The notes under the pieces were generated by a model. The model ran no database searches. It was not told the origin of the DNA and worked only from the letters and a program-made list of their open reading frames with translations. Shown in pieces: positions 59,135 through 64,000 of a DNA stretch of 64,000 nt. The position numbers were made by a program, and so were the translations under genes. Location of the stretch: contig CAVQBD010000009.1 in assembly GCA_963710645.1 (NCBI GenBank), positions 1,679,338 to 1,743,337 on the forward strand, read 5' to 3'. The number at the start of each line of letters is the position of its first letter. The stretch's first letter is position 1. Source of the DNA: an uncultured Holophagae bacterium. GTDB lineage: Bacteria; Acidobacteriota; Thermoanaerobaculia; Thermoanaerobaculales; Sulfomarinibacteraceae.

Positions 59135-59342
59135 GGATGAGCTCCTCCCGGGGATTCTGTCCCGTCATCTCCGTGTGGGCGACACTCGCATTCTGCGGAA
59201 AGTGGTCTGTCTCTTGGTAGCAGGGGGAGATGAGGTTTCCGGCCATGTCAGAGCGTGATACGGGTGCCAACCGGCCTGGTTGCGGAGGCGGGTCGGTCTG
59301 CCCGTTTCCGAACTCGACGCTTTTCCCCAGTAGACGCTGCGA

Positions 59343-60422
59343 TCACTCCAGCGGTCCCACCGTCACTGAGCCCTGGTAGAGAGGCGTGCCCTCGTATACG
59401 GTCAGAATGAAGGTGCCTGCGGTCGCCCCCCGCTCTCCCGGTTGCCCGGCCTCGAAGGGAGGCGAGCTGGCGCCCGGGGCGAGAGAAAAACGTTGTCCCT
59501 CGATCACAACGATGTTCAGAACCCCGAGGGGGCTGTCGGCGGGAATCGTCAGGGGGCCACCCGGAACCACGAGTTCCAAGGGCTCCTTCGTCGTGTTCAC
59601 CGCGACGAGGTTGAGACGCCTCCCGCCGGTGTCCTCCACCACCTCCACCGCGAGTTGGATCTTCTCGCTCTGATACGCCTCCAACAGTGGCAGTGATGGA
59701 AGGGCATCGGGGGTCGCTCCTTCCGGAATGGCCGGTGCTGCCTCCGGAGTCATGGCCAACAGCGCGGCGGTTCCGGATTCACCGGCTCCCGAATCGAGGA
59801 GCTTTTCTTCGAATGACGACACCAGAGTTCCGGCCGCGTCCGTCACCCGTCCTTTCTGGAAGACGACACCGAATGGAACGGTCTCGTCCAGGCAGATTTC
59901 GCCCGTCTGAACCGTGGTGTGCGGCCCCCCGGCCTTGTAAGAGTAGGTATAGAGGTCGCAATTGACACCCTTCCTGGTCTCTCTGCCCTTGAATGTGACG
60001 GAGTTCGTCAGATCACCGGCGGACCCGCGAATGATCTCGATCACGTTGTCCTGCATCAGGGAAGGTGTTCCTTCGCCAGTCTGCGCGACGCTTGCCTCGA
60101 TGAACATCATACGGTTCAGGTAGTTCCTGGCCAGGTCGAAACCGGGCTCCATGATAAAGAGCTGCCGGGTGATCATGCCTTCACCGGGGCCGGCCAGGGT
60201 CTCGGTGTCGGTCTCTATGCGTACGCGGTCGGAGCTGTCAGGAGCTCGAATGTACGTGTAGATGTTGGTGCCGACCGTCCCGTCAGGTATCTCCCAGCTC
60301 GACTCGTACTTCGCCCAAGTGCCCGGGTGGGTGGCGGCGAAATAGGCTTTCTCGAGGCTCTGGGCCTGAAGCTGAGGAGTCGTCAATGAGAGAAGAAGAA
60401 AGACCAACGCTGAAAACCGCAT
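59343..60422 (-). CDS. Secreted hypothetical protein
   Basis: 359 aa from ATG 60422 (SD GGGAG). Signal peptide MRFSALVFLLLSLTTPQLQA. No family recognised. The track ORF over-extends by 87 codons. Confidence 0.65.
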   Translation of the reverse strand: MRFSALVFLLLSLTTPQLQAQSLEKAYFAATHPGTWAKYESSWEIPDGTVGTNIYTYIRAPDSSDRVRIETDTETLAGPGEGMITRQLFIMEPGFDLARNYLNRMMFIEASVAQTGEGTPSLMQDNVIEIIRGSAGDLTNSVTFKGRETRKGVNCDLYTYSYKAGGPHTTVQTGEICLDETVPFGVVFQKGRVTDAAGTLVSSFEEKLLDSGAGESGTAALLAMTPEAAPAIPEGATPDALPSLPLLEAYQSEKIQLAVEVVEDTGGRRLNLVAVNTTKEPLELVVPGGPLTIPADSPLGVLNIVVIEGQRFSLAPGASSPPFEAGQPGERGATAGTFILTVYEGTPLYQGSVTVGPLE

Positions 60423-60776
60423 GACATGCTCCCTTCGGAAGAGACGGAGAGCCACGCCTCGGTCATCGACAATGCGACGAACGACCCTACCCCCTTCTCC
60501 GTGAAGACCGGGACGGGGTCGCATCGGTCGGTGTAGCCGAGGCGGCCGAGAGCAACCTGAGACGGACAGAAATTTCATGTGACGTACAACGAAAATACCA
60601 CGGCGATGACCCTGTCCGAGGAACCGGTCCGCGACGGGTACCAAGTTCACCAATGAACCACTGTTCCGATGATCTGGTGTCACACAACAACATCAGCGAA
60701 TATGGCACCTGCTCGTTCAGTCGGAACACTCGAGGCCGGCCTCGTGTTGCCTGATTCAACGAAAGAGGTTTCCCCA

Positions 60777-62516
60777 ATGAAGATGAACATGAACCCAGGT
60801 CACCTGGTGATCCGGTATTCCTTCGTTCCAGCCGTGGTTTCCACCGCGCTGCTGTTGGCATTGTTTGTTGCGGCGCCGGCGCTCGCCCACGTGCAGCTCG
60901 ATGCGCCAAACGGCGGTGAGACCCTGGAACCGGGCTCGGTCTACACCATCGAGTGGCACGATACGGTCACCCACGGGCCGGCGAATTATGACCTGTGGTA
61001 CTCGGAGACGGGCGAAGACGGCCCCTGGACTGAAATCGCGGTCGACCTCGACTTCGGTTCCGAGATGCCCAGCTATACCTACGAATGGACGGTTCCCGAC
61101 ACGTCTTCGAACCGGGTTCGGGTGAGGGTGCGTCAGGACAATGAAGACACCGACTACGAGGACATCAGCGATGGAGATCTCGCCATCACAGGATCGGCCG
61201 CGGGTAACGAGGCGGTCTTGGTCGCAGAGCGTGATGCGACGCTATACGAGGGCGACGGCAGTCTCGCCAACGGGTCCGGCAGCTATTTCTTCACCGGCAC
61301 CACCGAAAGCCGAAACGGAGCGGTGGAGCGTCGGGCCGTGGTGGCATTCGACATCGACAGTGCGGTACCACTCGGGGCGAGCATCACCGAGGTCACCCTC
61401 GAGCTCAACATGTCGAAGACCATCTCCGGCGCTCAAACAGTCGGTCTGCATCGTGTCCTCGAGAGCTGGGGCGAGGGGCCATCGGACCCCTCCGGACAGG
61501 AAGGCGGCGGGGCCGCGGCTGAGGACGGTGACACCACCTGGGTCCACCGGACCTATCCGAGCAACATGTGGTCCGCCGTTGGCGGTGCCTACGAGGGTTC
61601 GGCGAGCGGCAGTGCGCAGATTGGTGACACTGGCTCCTACACCTTCGACAGCACCTCCGCCATGGTGGCGGATGTGCAGGGGTGGCTCGATGATCCTTCA
61701 AGCAACCAAGGCTGGGCGCTGGTGATGCCGTCGCCGCCCACCGGCAGCGCCAAACGATTCGACAGCCGGGAGAACGGCAACCCGGCCAATCGACCGCGAC
61801 TGACGGTCAATTACGAGGGCGGAACAACCCCCCTGCGTTCGCGGGTATTCATCCCGGCGGTTGCTCAGGCCGCCGGTGCGGGTGGATCATTCTTCATTAC
61901 CACGGTGGACGTTCACAACCGGGGAAGCTCGACCGCCGTGTTCAACTTCGAGTGGCTGCCGCGGAACACCGACAACTCCGCCCCATTGATGTCCAGTGAT
62001 TTCACCCTCGAACCGGGCGAGACCAGGCGGTTTCGAGAATTTCTCGACGAGGTCTTCGGTCTCAGTGACGCGGTGGGTGCTGCATCGGCTGTGTCCGACA
62101 CCGACGATATCGAGATCATGAGCCGCACCTTCAACCAGGGGGCCGAAGGCACCTTCGGACAGAGCCTGCCCGGGGTCTCCGAGCAGGAGATGATTCCGGC
62201 CGAAAGCCGTGCCCTGATCCTGTTCCTCACCGAGAACGCCGAATTCAGATCCAACCTCGGTCTGGTCAACGGGGTCGACGTTCCCATCACCGTTCGATGG
62301 GAGCTCTTTGCGAGCGACGGAAGCTCGCTCGGCTCTGGCAGCACCAGCCTTCTGCCGTGGGAGAACAAACAGCTCAACCGGGTGCTCGAGGATTTCGCTC
62401 CCATCGAGGCGGCATATGCCCATGTCTGGACCACGACCCCCGGCGGCGCCTTTACCTGCTACGGCTCGGTGCTGGACAATCAGACCTCGGATCCCACCAC
62501 GATCCTCGCCGATTGA
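60777..62516 (+). CDS. Secreted protein: N-terminal Ig-like PNGGE module, DNRLRE domain, and the shared unassigned C-terminal module
   Basis: 579 aa from ATG 60777. Signal peptide ending APALA, followed by HVQLDAPNGGETLEPGSVYTIEW. DNRLRE-type block KRFDSRENGNPANRPRLTVNY. The last 225 aa or so begin IPAVAQAAGAGGSFFITTVDVHN and end GSVLDNQTSDPTTILAD. Confidence 0.8.
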   Translation: MKMNMNPGHLVIRYSFVPAVVSTALLLALFVAAPALAHVQLDAPNGGETLEPGSVYTIEWHDTVTHGPANYDLWYSETGEDGPWTEIAVDLDFGSEMPSYTYEWTVPDTSSNRVRVRVRQDNEDTDYEDISDGDLAITGSAAGNEAVLVAERDATLYEGDGSLANGSGSYFFTGTTESRNGAVERRAVVAFDIDSAVPLGASITEVTLELNMSKTISGAQTVGLHRVLESWGEGPSDPSGQEGGGAAAEDGDTTWVHRTYPSNMWSAVGGAYEGSASGSAQIGDTGSYTFDSTSAMVADVQGWLDDPSSNQGWALVMPSPPTGSAKRFDSRENGNPANRPRLTVNYEGGTTPLRSRVFIPAVAQAAGAGGSFFITTVDVHNRGSSTAVFNFEWLPRNTDNSAPLMSSDFTLEPGETRRFREFLDEVFGLSDAVGAASAVSDTDDIEIMSRTFNQGAEGTFGQSLPGVSEQEMIPAESRALILFLTENAEFRSNLGLVNGVDVPITVRWELFASDGSSLGSGSTSLLPWENKQLNRVLEDFAPIEAAYAHVWTTTPGGAFTCYGSVLDNQTSDPTTILAD

Positions 62517-62551
62517 GATCGTTCTCGATGGAGGGCGCGACCAGGTCGCGC

Positions 62552-62926
62552 CTATCTGAGGTTCGGCGGCACCAGGTCCTGCCTGATGATCTCGGCGACG
62601 ATCGCTCCGGAACTCCGTCCGAGCGTGGCCGCCAACTTTTCAACAGCAATCCCGTCTTGAAATCCCGATCTGATCAGCGCGCGATCTTCCTCTGTCCACG
62701 GAAGGCCGGAGTTTTTCGGCCTGCCGAGCTCGAGGTTGTCCTGGCGCCTTTCGTCGACGCTCTTTCCGGGTCTCTTGGGAAACTTGGCTGATTCGAGGAT
62801 TGAAAACAGCGCCCGGATCACGTCCGGGTCGTTGTACGGGCTTCCCGCGGGAAAGACCTCTCCGGTGGTGGGGTGGATTCCCTGGGCGAGGGTGTTGACG
62901 ATCTTCCGGGATTCGTTGAGTTCCAT
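62552..62926 (-). CDS. Hypothetical small protein with a probable C-terminal helix-turn-helix
   Basis: 124 aa. SD GGGAAGGAG. The C-terminal PWTEEDRALIRSGFQDGIAVEKLAATLGRSSGAIVAEI looks like a Myb/sigma-region-4-type HTH. No family name recalled. Confidence 0.55.
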   Translation of the reverse strand: MELNESRKIVNTLAQGIHPTTGEVFPAGSPYNDPDVIRALFSILESAKFPKRPGKSVDERRQDNLELGRPKNSGLPWTEEDRALIRSGFQDGIAVEKLAATLGRSSGAIVAEIIRQDLVPPNLR

Positions 62927-63030
62927 TGCACGCTCCTTCCCTCATCGGCCGCCGGTCACCGGTCGATTCACACCGACGGGCGCCGTGAGCTTGGGCGTGG
63001 ACGGGTCGCCCGAATCGCAGGCATAAATAA

Positions 63031-63057
63031 AGTATAATTTCGATGTCAATTTGTCAA
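63031..63057. promoter_or_regulatory. AT-rich island with sigma70-like hexamers on both strands
   Basis: Plus strand: a perfect TATAAT at 63033..63038 with a poor -35. Minus strand: tandem ATTGACA ATTGACA (TTGACA at 63052..63057 and 63044..63049) and TATACT at 63031..63036 (15-nt spacer), pointing toward the gene that starts at 62926. Based on the pattern only. Confidence 0.35.
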
Positions 63058-63386
63058 TGAGCGCCGGATTACAATTCATGTAAGAGTGGCACCCATCCAT
63101 CCGGTCGGCCCGTGAACCGTCGCTCAAATTCGGCTCCGAAAGATGTTGGGTGGTGTTGCCGTCTGAGTCGGGATGCTGTTACATTGACCGGTGATCGACG
63201 ACCAATGAAAGACATCTCGCCCGTTGTTGCCGCGCTGAGCCTCAGTCTACCATCGGGCGTATCGGGTGATCCGCGCGCACTCGAGCCGCCCCACGAGGCG
63301 GGCAAACGCAGTCGGGAAGCCGATCAAAACGGGGCCGTGATCGAGACGTGGGTTATTGCAGGGTTCAAGGCCTTGCAGGGCGCTCT

Positions 63387-64000
63387 GTGACAGCCGGTCT
63401 GGTCCTTGTCGGCGGTGGTCTCGCCAATAGTCTGATCGCCTGGCGGATCCTGCGTATGGACCCCGACGCCTCGATCTCGGTCATCGAGCGGCAGGACTCC
63501 CTCGGTGCCGATCACACCTGGTCGTTTCACGATTCGGATCTCACCGCTGCGCAGCGGCGGTGGATCGATCCTCTTGTGGTTCATGCCTGGCCGCGCCACG
63601 AACTCCGTTTTCCCCGCCGTCACCGGGTGATGGACGGCGGCTACAACTCGGTGACATCGACCCGTCTGCACCGGGTGGTGGCCGAGGCGTTGGGCGATCG
63701 TCTGATTCTCGGCGCCGAGGTCTCGCACATCGCTTCGGATGGGGTTCGCCTGGCAGACGGCAGATCCATCTCTGCCCGTGCGGTGATCGACGGTAGGGGC
63801 GATCCGGGGGGCCGGTTCTTCGACATCGGGTTCCAGAAATTCATCGGTCTTTTTATCACCCTCGAGGCGCCGCACGGCCTCGAGGGTCCGATCCTGATGG
63901 ATGCCACCGTCGAACAAAATGACGGCTATCGATTTTTCTATACCCTTCCCTTCTCCGAAACCGACCTCCTGGTCGAGGACACCTATTACGCCGACGATCC
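63387..64000 (+). CDS. crtY: Lycopene beta-cyclase (partial, continues beyond the window)
   Basis: The frame is open from GTG 63387 to the window end. VLVGGGLANSLIAWRIL, ADHTWSFHDSDL, WIDPLVVHAWP, GYNSVTS, AVIDGRG and ILMDATVEQNDGYRFFYTLPFSETDLLVEDTYYA align block for block with Pantoea-type CrtY. Confidence 0.9.
   Translation, partial: MTAGLVLVGGGLANSLIAWRILRMDPDASISVIERQDSLGADHTWSFHDSDLTAAQRRWIDPLVVHAWPRHELRFPRRHRVMDGGYNSVTSTRLHRVVAEALGDRLILGAEVSHIASDGVRLADGRSISARAVIDGRGDPGGRFFDIGFQKFIGLFITLEAPHGLEGPILMDATVEQNDGYRFFYTLPFSETDLLVEDTYYADD

Noticed and set aside
63205-63390. A 61-aa ORF (MKDISPVVAALSLSLPSG..) whose stop overlaps the crtY GTG start (GTGA).
   Set aside because: It has no SD and no recognisable family, and it is too short for compositional support. 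The overlap with crtY is suggestive but insufficient. Left unannotated.

Overview
High-GC (roughly two-thirds G+C by eye) 64-kb chromosomal segment from a Gram-negative-type bacterium. I cannot place it taxonomically without a search. I call about 46 protein-coding genes or pseudogenes on both strands, most with visible Shine-Dalgarno sites, plus one partial gene at the right edge (crtY). I saw no rRNA, tRNA, CRISPR array, transposase, integrase, phage or recognisable defence genes. The content mixes housekeeping metabolism with a very rich predicted secretome. Metabolism: monomeric isocitrate dehydrogenase, Fe-SOD, oligopeptidase B, two tandem PPK2 polyphosphate kinases, an OYE/FadH-like reductase, an ALDH-FeADH fusion next to a Zn-ADH, an SDR, and an Asp/Glu racemase. 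Secretome: beta-propeller/PD40 proteins, three paralogous lipoprotein sulfatase-like+TPR fusions, a large FGE-domain protein, and CUB-like, PA14-like and DNRLRE-domain proteins. There are also membrane sensors (a CadC-like regulator and a Ser/Thr kinase-TPR). I did not find a compact, self-evident new multi-gene system; nothing resembles a defence island or mobile element. The most unusual signals are: (1) a conserved 11-residue extreme C-terminal motif VPV[DE]L[QM]x[IF]x[VIL]E-stop on three unrelated secreted proteins; (2) an unassigned C-terminal module of about 200 aa shared by three other secreted proteins; (3) sulfatase-like paralogs whose nucleophile motif is T-x-P-x-H rather than C/S-x-P-x-R; (4) an unusual density of gene lesions: a nonsense-mutated and truncated amidotransferase, a dimethylglycine-dehydrogenase-like gene with four separate +1 insertions, a frameshifted MFS gene, a divergent gene pair that both lack 5' ends, and a 3' gene relic; (5) a 13-unit in-register heptanucleotide repeat tract upstream of a secreted-protein gene. 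All family calls come from motif recognition by eye, not from searches, and start codons are best guesses.
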